A stretch of DNA of 64,000 nt, taken from Glycera tridactyla. Its lineage: Eukaryota. A model generated the notes under the pieces. The model searched no databases and was not told where the DNA came from. It saw only the letters and a program-made list of their open reading frames with translations. Where the stretch lies: contig OZ286470.1 in NCBI GenBank assembly GCA_965644265.1, positions 8,990,001 through 9,054,000 of the forward strand, written 5' to 3'. Positions 1-13,643 of this stretch are shown piece by piece. The translations under genes and the position numbers were made by a program. How positions within the stretch are numbered: position 1 is the first letter of the stretch; each line of letters opens with the position of its first letter.

Positions 1-327
1 AGCCAATGCAACTGTGTCAGTGGATGTATACTCCCCAGGGAGATGAGAAAGACTCAAGCTTGAACAGACCTGCCAAGGAATGTAATTGTAAAGTCGGGTG
101 AACTTGCTAAGGATACCAGACTGTAAACCACTACATTTACATTTATATTTACATCATTCCTGATCAAATAATGTTCCCTAATTTTGCCCAGGGCGATAGC
201 TGGCCATTCAGGGCCATCAGAAATACTACAATCGATTTATCAATACGAACAGGTCGAACGTGTGTGGCCTTGGGTGGTAGGTCGCGACACGTTATAGAAA
301 TATCATCTTGATGAAGATTCGCATAGG

Positions 328-456
328 AGGATGGCGGCCAATATCAGCCCAACCTTGAATAATTGAGTAAGTTTCGTCGTATCAGATTTGATGTCTGTCA
401 TAAATGCCGACGGAAATGACGTTCATTTCCGGTTCCTGGCGGCTGGCGCGTGCGCA
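328..456. promoter_or_regulatory. CpG-rich TATA-less promoter-like motif cluster
   Basis: YY1-like GATGGCGGCC (330-339), ETS-like TTCCGG (427-432) and NRF1-like GCGCGTGCGCA (446-456) within 130 bp. Motif matches only. Confidence 0.4.
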
Positions 457-477
457 CTTTTCAGCAGTCAGTTTGGC

Positions 478-1040
478 NNNNNNNNNNNNNNNNNNNNNNN
501 NNNNNNNNNNNNNNNNNNNNNNNNNNNNNNNNNNNNNNNNNNNNNNNNNNNNNNNNNNNNNNNNNNNNNNNNNNNNNNNNNNNNNNNNNNNNNNNNNNNN
601 NNNNNNNNNNNNNNNNNNNNNNNNNNNNNNNNNNNNNNNNNNNNNNNNNNNNNNNNNNNNNNNNNNNNNNNNNNNNNNNNNNNNNNNNNNNNNNNNNNNN
701 NNNNNNNNNNNNNNNNGACACAGGCAGACAGGAAGGCAGCCAGGCNNNNNNNNNNNNNNNNNNNNNNNNNNNNNNNNNNNNNNNNNNNNNNNNNNNNNNN
801 NNNNNNNNNNNNNNNNNNNNNNNNNNNNNNNNNNNNNNNNNNNNNNNNNNNNNNNNNNNNNNNNNNNNNNNNNNNNNNNNNNNNNNNNNNNNNNNNNNNN
901 NNNNNNNNNNNNNNNNNNNNNNNNNNNNNNNNNNNNNNNNNNNNNNNNNNNNNNNNNNNNNNNNNNNNNNNNNNNNNNNNNNNNNNNNNNNNNNNNNNNN
1001 NNNNNNNNNNNNNNNNNNNNNNNNNNNNNNNNNNNNNNNN
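478..1040. other. Assembly gaps (N runs 478-716 and 746-1040; others at 3281-3511, 4149-4300, 4356-4505, 5749-5912, 23615-24368)
   Basis: Runs of N, several bordered by microsatellite-like sequence; all poly-X ORFs in the track are artefacts of these gaps. Confidence 0.98.
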
Positions 1041-1311
1041 GTTAGGCATGCCGGACCCCTGATTGCAAGCCTCTCTGACGGCGACACCATTAGAAATCTC
1101 TGTCTTTGTGGCTTGACTCCATTCCGACGCTGTTTCATGTTCTGTTGTTGATGATGGTAGCGCTTTCATTGCCGATGATCACAGGTAATAGGAATTAATT
1201 ATGCAAAGTATGCAGTGTTTTTACTCCACATTATGACCATGAAAGCCTGCCACTACACCCTCATCATCCCTGTCACCAACTATCAAATGTAGATACTATT
1301 GAACTCTTCAT

Positions 1312-1700
1312 ATTCCAAATATGGCGGGTACGTTTCACACGATAAATTCGCTATTTTTCGTTTGATATCGGTTTTAATGGCACGAATGCATTGTACATGT
1401 CTTACGTCGATCATCAAACATGCATGTTTCAGGTACTGTGCGTGCTTTTGAAGAGGATTTTACACCATCATCTCTGATTTATTTCGGAAAATCCGCCGAC
1501 ATTATGAGCGATTATTGGTATATGAAACAATAGAGATACGCCCTGAAACCAGCGTGAAATTGACATATTTGGCATTCCAAGGTGTAAGATACCAGTAGAC
1601 TTCGCAGTAATCACATAGCGGAGATCTCAACGATGTATGTCAGCGTGTTTCGTTTGAATCCAATGCGAATTCGCGTTGTTGTGGCCAAAAAACGTACCAA
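1312..1700 (+). mobile_element. Internally deleted copy of a non-autonomous TIR DNA element (same family as 6598-7570)
   Basis: Shares ATGGCGGGTACGTTTCACACGATAAA with 6614-6640, and internal blocks (GAAACCAGCGTGAAAT, CGAATTCGCG) with 7330-7550. Confidence 0.65.
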
Positions 1701-1879
1701 AATTTTCACTGAAGTGTAGGTGGGCGCAGAGATTGGCTAAGCTCACAAGTATGTATAATGCCATTGTACTGCGAGCATGGACCAGTCATCATTTCAAAGC
1801 TGCTTCACTTATGAGCAACAGAGAATCATACCTCTAGTAGGGCATATTTTTGAAGATATGTATAATATGGTCGATATCG

Positions 1880-2315
1880 CGCACACGTGTACATGCGTTT
1901 GTGTGTATGTGTGTGCGCGTTTGTGTGTGAGTGTTTGTGCATGTGTGTGTGTATATATATTTGTGTGTGCGTGTGTGAGCTGGTGATGATGGTGAGTGCT
2001 AGTGTTGTGTGTGTGTGTGCGTGTGTGTATTTTTTGCATGTGTGAGTGTGTGAGCGTGTGCGTGTGTGTGTGAGCTGGGGAGGATGGTGAGTGCTAGTGT
2101 TGTGTGTGTGTGTGTGCGTGTGTAGGGTGTGGCATGTGAGCGTGTGTGTGTGCGTGAGCTGGGAGAATGGTGAGTGCTAGTAGTTGTGTGCGTGATTGGG
2201 CTGTTGTTACAGGGTTTAGTGGACTGATCCCGATCAGATAGACATGAGGATCAGAAACAAGGTCAGTCATGTCACTCGCTGCCTGCCATAGCATGACAGC
2301 CCAGCTCAGCCATGT

Positions 2316-2385
<70 letters not shown>

Positions 2386-2550
2386 GTGTGTGTGTGAGCT
2401 GGGAGGATGGTGAGTGCTAGTGTTGCGTGCGTGATTGGACTGTTGGAGCGGGGTTTAGTGGACAGATCCTGACCAGAGAGACATGAGGATTAGGCACAAG
2501 GTCGGTCATGTCACTTGCGGCCTGCCATAGCATGACAGCACAGCTCAACC
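1880..2550. repeat. (GT)n microsatellite complex with interspersed units and a ~155-bp duplication
   Basis: GAGCTGG..ATGGTGAGTGCTAG unit occurs four times between GT runs; ~2155-2310 is duplicated at ~2395-2545. Confidence 0.9.
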
Positions 2551-4044
2551 TTCAATACTAGCGCGATGCCTTGCGCATGGCCTATTGCAACAGCATTTGT
2601 CTCGCTGAGCGTCGATACATGCACCTATCTGATTCTCATTTCGTAATAGTGGAATAAAGATGGTGATGAATATCGATGGTTTCAAAGGTAGGAGAAGCAT
2701 TGGTAACATGATGAATGCCATCGAAAATCACCTCAAAAGAAATGAAAATCATGAAGCTTTATGAAGCCTCGAAAATGTCACCTTTGGACAAAAAGCACCC
2801 CTTTTCAGGGACCTCATCAAAGGATGTTGTGATCATATCATGCTATGAACGACCTTTCTCCAGAGACCACCTGTCTTGAAAGATCATTTCAATGCGACAA
2901 CGGGCCTTCTTTGTGGAATAATTCGATTAATTTTTTAGACATTTAAAAACAGTCACAATCAGGGATTGTAATGGATGGTAAACTTTCAATTTTTCTACCA
3001 ATGTTTGCCTGAAAAATAGAATAGGAACATAAAATAGATTTACGGTGGCATTGCGGTGACGTCGGCTGGTTCTAGATCAGCTTTGTTGTGAAAGATAACA
3101 AGACATGAACGGTGATAAAATAACAAGGATTATTTTGAGGTGGTTGAGAGCAAACTGGATGAATTGTGGGTTGGTAGCGGCTGCGACTTGCGTCACTACC
3201 ACTCTATCTCTGCCAAAATAGATGGGAAAGAATGAAAACATGCACCCCTCCCTACCTGTCCCTCCGTAGTCAAATCACATNNNNNNNNNNNNNNNNNNNN
3301 NNNNNNNNNNNNNNNNNNNNNNNNNNNNNNNNNNNNNNNNNNNNNNNNNNNNNNNNNNNNNNNNNNNNNNNNNNNNNNNNNNNNNNNNNNNNNNNNNNNN
3401 NNNNNNNNNNNNNNNNNNNNNNNNNNNNNNNNNNNNNNNNNNNNNNNNNNNNNNNNNNNNNNNNNNNNNNNNNNNNNNNNNNNNNNNNNNNNNNNNNNNN
3501 NNNNNNNNNNNCAACATGCCACTTCACCACAGCCGTCTATAGACAATAATTATGATAGGAGCATGCTAGGCTCATGCAACCAACTCTGTTCTGTGGTTGC
3601 TTACACGAAAGCCAGAAGAGAAAGGCTCAAGCTCATACTGGCCTTCCATAGAATGAAAGAGTAAAGTAGGGTGAACTTCATAAAGGTGCCAAACCGTGTT
3701 TTCATACACAATTTCCAAACATTTTCTAAATCTTCCCCATGATGGATGAACATTGGGAGTCGGTCACGAACCAGGTGAGCTTCATAAAGAAGCCAGTGAG
3801 GTGTTATTGTTGTGTCTAATCCATGCGAGCGCGGATTACGCACATGTTGCACGCCATTACTATCGCATCAGTTGACACGCTGCGATGCCATTTCCCTGGT
3901 AACGGCCACATTCGCGCGTATGAATGGGGCGCGAGGTGTGGCTCAAACGCGGGAAAAACAACACTTGGCGTACAAGAGATATTCCAGTGTTGGTATGGTA
4001 CATTCGTGCTGTGAATACACTCGGATTTAAATGGAACCCTGATA

Positions 4045-4076
<32 letters not shown>

Positions 4077-6189
4077 GATTTTCTGTCGTTCTGATTCGGT
4101 CCTACTCTACCCGTCTCTCTTCCTCTCTTCACCGATCTGTCCCAAAATNNNNNNNNNNNNNNNNNNNNNNNNNNNNNNNNNNNNNNNNNNNNNNNNNNNN
4201 NNNNNNNNNNNNNNNNNNNNNNNNNNNNNNNNNNNNNNNNNNNNNNNNNNNNNNNNNNNNNNNNNNNNNNNNNNNNNNNNNNNNNNNNNNNNNNNNNNNN
4301 CTCTCTCTATCTATCTATCTAACTTTCCCTCTATCTCCCTCTCCCTCTATCTATCNNNNNNNNNNNNNNNNNNNNNNNNNNNNNNNNNNNNNNNNNNNNN
4401 NNNNNNNNNNNNNNNNNNNNNNNNNNNNNNNNNNNNNNNNNNNNNNNNNNNNNNNNNNNNNNNNNNNNNNNNNNNNNNNNNNNNNNNNNNNNNNNNNNNN
4501 NNNNNGCACCCATTTCTCCTCAACCCAGCGGCACCCTTCATTTTTGTCAGCATAATTTTGGGGATTATGGACAGTGCAGTTGTTTGTTTTACGTCATGTG
4601 AGCACCATATGGGATATACTGAGACGTCCATGTAATTGCTGGGATGGATTGAGACCATTCACGACTCCTGCTTCTTGGTCATGAAGGAGAGCTAAAAACC
4701 ATTAAATTCACTGATACTTAAGGTGCCGTTTCTCGTATCTTGTGGGTTATGTCGTTGTTGTCGTTGTTGTTGTTGTTGCTGCTGGCTTTTTGAATAGTGG
4801 GAAGACAAATGTCTCGCTTCAGCCACATGCACCTCCGATCCAACACTGAGTGACATGAATGGATCGTGACTTTTACCACCATAAGTACCAGAAATGACAC
4901 CTAAGGGATCTGTGATTTTCCCAGAGAAGGGTGTTCCGAATGGTAACACCAAAGCACATTGTATAGGCGTCACAATATAGCACATATGTCGCTGACGCGA
5001 CATTAATCCAGAACCAACCAACCAATCGTCATCTCAATTGTATCATGTTTCGCTCTGACTCATAGGTGAATATAATTGTCAGCTAGAGATGGATTTCAAC
5101 GAAAGAGGAGCTCACTGTGTGCCACAAAATATGATCATCTCGCAGAGTCAGTATTTCCATTCAGTCTTTTCGTCAATGCAAGGACAACTGAGAGATGGTT
5201 TTTAGGCACTCTGCACCTTGAGATAATACGATAATCTATGGCAAGACATAGTGCAAAAAGGTCGGAATGGTTTCCGTACGATAACTTCGGAACTCGCAGG
5301 GCTAGCCTTTTCAAACTTGGTGTACCGACTTTCCTGGGTTATGGCAAGACACCTATTGATGTTGAGTTGGCCATTCATTATCAATGTCACTGCGTGCAAA
5401 AAGGTCACAAGGGTTTTCAGACAATAACTTCAAAATTCCGTGGGCTAGCCTTCTCAAATTTGGTGATTAGACTCCCCTAGGCTGTGGTGGACACCCATTT
5501 ATTATTATTCACAGAACCTTGAATCGGGCGATCTATAGATCTCCAGAAGTGTCCATGGGTAGGGTGGGAGAAAGTATCCAGCTCGCATAGACCGGGAACA
5601 CACGACATGCATAATCCTTTTGGATGATAGGTCATAACTCTCTAATATGTCTATGAACTTGTCAGCTAAGTGAACAAGAAATATCCCCCTTCCTACCCAG
5701 TGCAACGAACCAACCTCATACAGCACAATGCCAACATTTGTCAAGAATNNNNNNNNNNNNNNNNNNNNNNNNNNNNNNNNNNNNNNNNNNNNNNNNNNNN
5801 NNNNNNNNNNNNNNNNNNNNNNNNNNNNNNNNNNNNNNNNNNNNNNNNNNNNNNNNNNNNNNNNNNNNNNNNNNNNNNNNNNNNNNNNNNNNNNNNNNNN
5901 NNNNNNNNNNNNTCAATTACTGGGATGACGCTGCAAGATGCTCTGTCTGTCAGTAGTATCATCAGTAGGAGCAGCATCCGGTTGCCATGGGCAACTAGTT
6001 GCACTGATGAGACATTCTCCGTCACATCCCAAATCATTACCATCCTAATAAGGCAAATATGTACAAGATAGGAGTACAATGTAACACCGAGCTGATGAGC
6101 CATCTCATCATGATATGTGATATGTCATTAGAAACATGATACAATCCAACCTGTCCACATAGACCACCTCCGCATTGCATAACAATAGT

Positions 6190-6298
6190 CCATATAGATA
6201 TTCTTCGTCCGCACCGGGGATGCTCCGTTCTTGGAGCAATTGTGTGTTGTTTCTGTTGAAACCTGACGAATATAAATAAAGTTCTCTTATCTTATCTA
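6190..6298 (+). mobile_element. 3' end of a 5'-truncated LINE (CR1/L2-like tail)
   Basis: AATAAA followed by a short (TCTTA)n tail: ...GAATATAAATAAAGTTCTCTTATCTTATCT. Confidence 0.5.
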
Positions 6299-6597
6299 GG
6301 TGGTCTTCGTTCAGAAGTTATTCACTTCAGAGAGTGCTATTGCATGCCGAGCTGGGTGGTCTTTGTGTCGCTGGTTTGGTCCGAGGTTAGGGCGCAGATC
6401 CTCTAATACACCTCCTTGCGGTGGCCTTTGTAGGTGGGTGGTGTTTTTGAAGATCGAGGTGGTATCTATAGCAGGTTCGACTATATTTTCGGTCGAGCAA
6501 TGAAATAATTGTTGTCCTTTTCCAAAACCCGAGATGGTGCCAAAGTACGTTGGCTTTGGTACCGCAGATTCGGATCAGCCTGCAGTCTTTTCCGGTT

Positions 6598-7570
6598 AAA
6601 CTCTGAAATCCAAATGGCGGGTACGTTTCACACGATAAAGTCACCATTTTTAAGGATGCCTGCCTTGCCGGCATCCTTCTTCTTACCTCTCTCGTTTGGA
6701 ACTGCAGTTTAGATGAAAAAAATGGAACCTATTTCTACAGGTTTTTTTTGATAGCCGATTGAAAGTGATAAACTGCTTCGATTCCCTTGAAATCTTGTAT
6801 GGCTGTTGTGATAGCCTGTCTGCTTTGCATGGATTACTTAGATAGCTCTTTATGAGTCAATTTTCTATGGAAATGGCTCCTACTCCTAGAAATCTTTTGC
6901 CAGCTCATGATCAATTTTGGCTCACCATCAGGGTTGACATCGCTAATGATATGAATACTCTCTACTTTTTTCTGTTCATATTAAACTGATGATTCGTTGC
7001 ACACTATGGGTATACATTAAAGCAATTCAATGATTGGGTTTTGAGAGTAAGATATCCCCATCCAGGCCATTTCGACACAGGGAGCAGCTGGTGGACTGGA
7101 TGAATGTGGAAATTCAAATTGATTTCTCTCACAGTCACCAGCAGAGGAGATGTGTGTTACCAGGCATCCTTTTATCGGCATACATGCCTAGTTTTGTCTT
7201 ATCTGAGTTTTAATGGCATGAATGTATTGAGGAGATCTTCCGGCGATTAGCGAACCCGGTTTCAAGTAGAATGCATGCTTTTGGAGAGGATTGCCCTGTA
7301 ATTTCATTGATTTTTTTCCGGCGGATCCGTCGACATTATCGGCAAATATTTGTATGTGGAACAGTGGAGATGCGACCGCAGTACTTGCCCATGAAACCAG
7401 CGTGAAATCGACAAATAAATGGTTCTAATGTGAAATATACAAGGGAACTTCGTCGTGGTCACATTTCCAGTCATTGGAGATGTCAACAATGACTGTGAGT
7501 TTCAATCCAATCCGATTCGAATTCGCGATGCTAGGGTGAAAAATGTACCCGCCACGATAGAACTTGACAG
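6598..7570 (+). mobile_element. Non-autonomous TIR DNA transposon, superfamily unresolved
   Basis: Left end AACTCTGAAATCCAAATGGCGGGTACGTTT is inverted relative to AAATGTACCCGCCAC at ~7543-7557; an isolated right end of the same family lies at ~42478-42512. Confidence 0.65.
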
Positions 7571-8019
7571 ACTCTTTTTTCCGTCGGAGACGGTACTGTT
7601 TTCGGTCTGGGATTAAATTACCACCTCTCCACTGTAAATCGACGACCAATCTTCTTTTTGAAGACATTTCTTGTTAGTGCACATTTGCATGGTTCTGTTC
7701 CTTCTTCGCTCATTCCGACTTCTCATCATTCATCGAAATTTCGTAGATTACTTCCTCCATATCCGAACCCTAGCCCCCCCCCCCCCTCTTGTTGATCCGT
7801 CCACTGTGAACATCACTCCCATGAACCCCGAACACGAGGTGGTGTTGAATCAGGAAGCTTGTCGAATCAATGTAGCAGTCAGTTCAAACACACCACCACC
7901 CATATAGGATGATACATCAAAATCAATTGGTGGCATGACAGAACCTCAAAGAACCTCAAAGAGTGTGTCTCACGGAACTGTTCCATCAACGGATAGGTAA
8001 AAGAAACCAAGGAATGTGG

Positions 8020-8480
8020 GGTATGTTCCTGTATGCACGTATAAGAACCACTGCTGTCTTCCGCACAGGGCAGGGACGCCCCCCGATAGCAGTGCCTCTT
8101 AACTTCAGCATTCTCAGTTTTTTCAGTCCGATATAACCCAAGGTGGTGGTTGAAAGGACGTTGAACCCAAACAAACAAACAAATCTCCTCGTAGATTCCA
8201 AGGCCTGGGCAAAGGCATACAGGCCCGCGACCGTAAAGTCAGGTCGATCGTTTAAAGAACCACTAGCTGCTGTCTTCCGCACAGAGCAGGAACGGCCCTC
8301 GGCAGCGGTGCATCTCTTCTTCAGCATTTTCAGTTTTTCAGTCCGATATAACCCAAGGTGGTTGAGAGATCATTAAACCCAAACTAACAAACCTCCGTGT
8401 GGGTTCCAAGGACTGTGCGAATGCGAAAGCCCCGGCAAAAGGATGCAGACCCGCGACCGTTAAGTTACCGGTGGGTCGAT
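8020..8480 (+). mobile_element. Two tandem SINE 3' halves (Meta-SINE-like core) with duplicated downstream flank
   Basis: AAGAACCACTGCTGTC core to ...GGTGGTTGAAAGGACGTTGAACCC(AAAC)n tail, repeated at ~8043 and ~8255 together with ~70 bp of flank. The Meta-SINE label is from recalled core similarity. Confidence 0.7.
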
Positions 8481-10862
8481 CGTTCAATTTGAAATGGACG
8501 CGCACCTGCGGAGCTGTTTGGCAGGCACCACGTGGTTCCGCCGGGTCTTGTCGGTGTGCAACCGCGAAAGAGAAAGCGGTCAAATCACACCTTTCACACG
8601 GTGTTGTTGTTGCCACTCTTCTCACACTCTCCCGAATAAGGATGGGAACTAGAGATGTTCGGAAAGAAGAACAGCGACAAGATTACGCGAGGAAACAGGT
8701 AGAACCTGTATTTGGCGGTTTTTGCCGTCTGCATCTTGGACTCGGTTCTATGGCGACAAAATCGGGAAGTTTGAGTGTGCACGTGTGGGTCGTTTCTTCG
8801 GGGCAAAACTCGACAGGAACGGAAACCGTTCCCTCAACGTTTCGAGTCGTCAAATCGGTGAGATCCTAAGTTTCGGCCTGAACTACACTGTCAAGCTCCA
8901 CCCTAAACACCCCTAGAATTGTCTCTCGATCGAGAAGCTGAGTTGTATATCGAATTTGCCATTTAGGGGATTTACTGTTCTCATCTCTTGGTCCAACAGA
9001 TGATCACAGTCAACCAAGACTTGGATGTTTATTCAATTGCACTTCCCCCGACTAGAGACCACCACCTACGATGGGAGACCGCTTTTTCAGGGCAGCTTTT
9101 TTATTTGGCATAGTCAAATATACCTCTGACGAGAGACCACCTCTTTTGAGAGACCACTTTTTGATGCCATTTAGGGTGGTCTCTCATTGCAAGTTTCGCT
9201 GTATAGGGTTTGCATCTCTCACCAGTGAACAGATAGTATTTATCATATAATTCCAGATTGGACAGTAGCACTTGGATGAACTACCTTCATTTCAGAGGTG
9301 ATATATGAAGAACCACTGTCCCTCTTTTACCCCTCTACCCAGGTGTGATTAGGTTTTCCTTTTGGTGTGAGCAGAAATGGTAATGTTAGTCTTCAAATAT
9401 TCCAAGATCTGATTCCTTAATTCCCATTCGAGAAGTCAAACCCAATTTTTGTGGCCAAGGCTGGGCTTTCATACCTCTGAAAATCATAGAAAATAGAAAA
9501 TCATCTCATCAAAGAAATATCTTTCATTGATTGATTTTTGTTCAAAAGACAGCCGCTCATCGAGCGAAGTGGGGAAGAGTCCATCCTCAAAAAATGAAAC
9601 AAACATTGAATTGCATTGAACTGCAGTATACATTTATTGAGTATTGAATTTATGGAACTACTCAGCAAAATTTTTAACAATTAATGGAATCCTCAACAGC
9701 TATCTTTTTGTCCGGCAAAAAGGTAGGCGTTCGACTCAGTTTGTTCACACCAAGTATGGCCTATTTGTGAGCCACATGTATGTGCGGTTGGAGTATAGAG
9801 GTGCATGCATAATGGATGAAAGTATTTCAAGTTGTCGCAGCCCAGTGATTGATGTGTGCATGTTATATGTTGTGATCATTTGCAATGCCTAGTAAATTGG
9901 GGGTTGAAATTTAGCCTGTTCAGCTCAACATCCAAGGACAATGTCTTGTTTTTTTCCCAGCCAAAATTGACCCATGAAATAGGCTTCATTGAGATAAGCA
10001 CAAAAAATATGGACAATGCCAAGAAATCTGTACATTATTTCAAGGATGTGCCTGTGAGATTCATGCTCATAATCCCTTGTGGAATGTATGGCAAAAATCT
10101 GCACTGTCAGGCGTGACAAGATATTAATTGTAGTAAATATCATGGTGGTCATGGCACAGGATGGCCTTAGTAGGCAGGTGACCCCTCTATGAGGTGGCCC
10201 CTTCTACAGATTTGACAGTACAGTGTACAGTCAAACCTCCTCTACAGACCACCTCTCTATAAAAACCACCTCCCTATGAAGGCCACTTTTTGATGGGATC
10301 GAAGATGATTGTTTTTGATAGTGCTATAATGCGATTTTGTACTTTTAAGGCTGTTTCAGTCAGTCTCTGACGTGTTCAGTGTTGAAGCAGGTTTCCAATG
10401 GTGAAGAAAAATCAGATTTTTTATGGTAATAGTCATTTTTCATCACTGATGGCCTCAAGGTGATGGTGTTTTTTTTGTAGATGAATGTTTTCCCGATTCC
10501 ATTTGTTTTGTTGGAAAAATGTGAATCCCGTTAATATTTCATGTTGAAAACTGATTCAATGAAATGGCTACTGATTCCTACGAAGCTTTTTCTGAATTCC
10601 AGTTAGCTAAAATCATTTGCTGAGAGGTTTTTTTTCTTGGAGGTATCTCAGTGAAGTTATTATGAGGCTCTTCAGAACATAGATACAAGTATTGTGAAAC
10701 CTGCTTTGAGAGAAATGACGAGAGAGCAACTCTGACTGGAGATTACATCTTCAGGGCATCTTTGTAATTGAGCATAATACCTCCAATGAAGGACCACACC
10801 ATCTGACAGACCCTTTTTTGGTGACATTTAGGGCAGTCTTTTGTCACAGGTTTCACTACATC

Positions 10863-11036
10863 CAGTGAAGCCTGTATAGATAAAGTCCCCGACCATTGAC
10901 CACCTCCGATAGGAGACCGCTTTTCACTGCAGCTTCTCTAATTGACATAGTCATATACCTTTGATGGGAGACCACCTCTTTTCAGAGACCCCTTTTTGAT
11001 CACATTCAGAGTGGTCTCTCATCACAGGTTTCACTG
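10863..11036. mobile_element. Tc1/mariner-type MITE family A (GAGACCACCT/AGGTGGTCTC sub-repeats)
   Basis: TIR CAGTGAAGCCTG...CAGGTTTCACTG with right-hand TA. Roughly 25-30 full or partial relatives occur across the window (e.g. ~9050-9203, 10120-10300, 10690-10858, 13730-13925, 15350-15640, 16178-16345, 19370-19530, 25340-25410, 40030-40210, 48420-48600, 53065-53290, 54835-54985). Confidence 0.85.
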
Positions 11037-11055
11037 TATATCTACATTATTGATA

Positions 11056-11371
11056 CAGTCAAACCTGTCTTTAAAGACAGCATTCGCTTGCATGGAAAGT
11101 GGCTTTTATAGGCAGGTGGTCTTTATCTATAGAGAGGTCATTCACTTTGATGAGAGACCACCTTTTTCCAGAGACCCCTTTTTGATCACATTCAGGCAGG
11201 TCTCTCGTCGTAGGTCTCACCTATTCATGAAGACAGCATTTGGTTGCATTAAAAGGGGCCTTTATAGACAGAAGGTCTTTATAGAGTGGTCATTCACTGT
11301 CGATAATACTACCACGGTCACAGGTCAGGGTGGCCTTGAGGGAGAGGTGGTCTATAGAGCAGGTTCTACTG
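11056..11371. mobile_element. MITE family A, composite copy
   Basis: TA|CAGTCAAACCTG...CAGGTTCTACTG|TA. Confidence 0.8.
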
Positions 11372-11434
11372 TATCATTGTTTAATTATACAATGTGTGAA
11401 AGAAACAGCCAGTGGGGGAACCCAGTGCATGATG

Positions 11435-11632
11435 ACTAGGATATCAAAGGTCAGCCATGTGAGAGGGAGCCTACTTCGGTATGCATGTAAAAGAACCACT
11501 GCTGTCCTTTGCAAAGAGTAGGGATCACCTCAGCAATGGTGCCTATTTTCTTCAGCATCTCAGTTCTTTCAGTCTTATATAACCAAAGACAGTTGAAAGA
11601 TGGTTAAACCAAAATGAACGAACAAACGAACC
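11435..11632 (+). mobile_element. SINE copy, same family as 8020-8480 (fragments also at ~9305 and ~45180-45250)
   Basis: GCATGTAAAAGAACCACTGCTGTCCTTTGCAAAGAGTAGGG core and ...GGTTAAACCAAAATGAACGAACAAAC tail. Confidence 0.7.
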
Positions 11633-12423
11633 GGCAATGGGAGTCGTGTGTTCTCTGGTTGACTTGCCGAGAGTGGGATCAGGTGCGGACGGTGTCTGTC
11701 TGCCTTGTCTTATGGTTAGATATAATTGACGGATCACCGACATAATGAGAGTTTAGCTGTACATGTCTGTCACCATCCATCTTGCAACCGACCCTGTCTC
11801 TGAGACCGTGATTCTTCAGATATTTCAGATATAGGCCCAAAGATGTACCTCCTGCATGTAATACAAGACAAACATACTCCACTCCAACTTCAGTATTGGT
11901 AATTCTGTAATACTACTATTTTCCCCATTGCAAGAAACTGAAAATTCCATATTCCGGTTGTTGTAATCGTCACATGTATTGATAGAAATATGGGATGGCT
12001 ACCGTCATTTCCAAGCTGTACTGGTAGATCTCACCTGCCAGTCACAAGTGTGTAGTCCCGGCGTAATGTATGGTGAAAGTTTTCATGAGGTTTGTTAGAA
12101 AGTGGTTGACAATTACTGATGTATGGTTGAAAGTGCTTGACACAAGAAGTAAGTCAGTCATTCTGCATGAATCTGGGTTAAGAAAATCACGAATCTTTGA
12201 AACATTGTTTTCAAGTTGACATGGTAGAACATTACTATTTCTTTATGGCTGATCATGACTTGTTCAGTTGCTTTTGAAATGCTGTTCAGGAGAGACAAAA
12301 CTCTGGCTGCTACTGCTTCTGTTGCTGCTCCTTGTTGACTCTGCCACTTCCAACGTCACCACCACCACCAACATCACCACCACCACCATCATTGAAGGGC
12401 AGCATCTCAATAATCCTTGAATA

Positions 12424-12600
12424 CAGTTAAACCTGCAATGTGAGACCCCAACCGGAGACCACCTGAGACCACCTCCGGTGCATTTTCAGGGCAGTTTTTC
12501 CATTTGGCATAGTCAAATATACCTGTGACGAGAGACCACCTCTTTCGAGAGACCACTTTCTGGTGATATTTAGGGCAGTCTCCCGTCACAGGTTTCACTG
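12424..12600. mobile_element. MITE family A copy
   Basis: TA|CAGTTAAACCTG...CAGGTTTCACTG|TA. Confidence 0.85.
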
Positions 12601-13006
12601 TAGTGCAACATGTCCTGAGAGGTTAAATATTGTGGGAAACAGCCTACTCTGGTTGAATGAAATTAATCCTGTTGCTTGGGACAAGACTTGCCTTGTACTA
12701 TACTTTATCTGTTCATGGGGGGGGGGGGGGGGGCTTGTAGTCAATTCAAAAGACTATCAATGTCACCTTGAGAATATGGGGTTGAAAGTGAGAAAATAAA
12801 ATTTGTGGATTCTCACCAATTGTTCACTGATAATCATATTTCAGTCACTGGCGGCTTTTAGATTCCAATTTAGTCTCATGCATCATGAGATGCAGGTTTA
12901 GGCAAGTATGAAGTGATAGCTGCAGTGACTTAACAATCATTCAGGTCCATTCTTACCAGTATTCAAGTTCCGATGTGATAAAGACAGTAACTGATATGGT
13001 ATAATG

Positions 13007-13643
13007 TAGGGCTGGGACGAAACAGGATAATCACGAAATGAAACATTTCTAGAAAGACTCCTCATGAAACAGATAACGAAATGAAACACGGTTTGTCCCT
13101 CCTTAGGAATCTGACGCCGCGATCCTCCTCTGTGCAAACCGCCCGTGGCTTTGTATTATGGCCATCGCTACTATCGAATATCAACGCGCCCGCCAAAAGT
13201 TCGTCAAATCACCCTTATTCAAGCTGTCTACCACAATTCAGACGTCTCTTTCATGAAACGATGTATTCTCGCATCATATCAATGGCCGATCAGCAGTCGC
13301 TATTTGGCCATTAGAAATACGATCGTGCGAAACCAGGTTATTAGAAATGAAGAGGACATTTTTGCATCGCAGCCGCTGATTGGCCGAGAGCACGCAGTCT
13401 TGATTCTATTGGCCAATCAGGATCGAGATTGGGCAATATTAGAGGAATGATGGAATCACCACAAATGGCGATCTTCCCTCTGTTTATCCATGCTAAATAC
13501 CAATAATACAGGTTTGTGGCATGGCCCATCTCTAAATTTGTGTGTTTCGTTGTATTTCAAAATCCTCCTCTTGGTTTCGAAACAATCGTTTCGCTGGTAA
13601 AATATCGGTATTATCGGAATTTCAGCGAATCGTCCAACCCCTA
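13007..13643. mobile_element. Non-autonomous hAT element (637 bp)
   Basis: TIR TAGGGCTGGGACGA / TCGTCCAACCCCTA; perfect 8-bp TSD GTATAATG at 12999-13006 and 13644-13651. Confidence 0.92.

Noticed and set aside
388-1169. 200+ aa ORFs (also 3196-3549, 5670-6103, 23518-24492)
   Set aside because: They are open only because N gaps contain no stop codons.
5505-5744. Minus ORF resembling a LINE endonuclease segment (FIDILESYDL...PTHGH)
   Set aside because: Similarity is short and needs a frameshift; at best an old LINE relic beside a gap.
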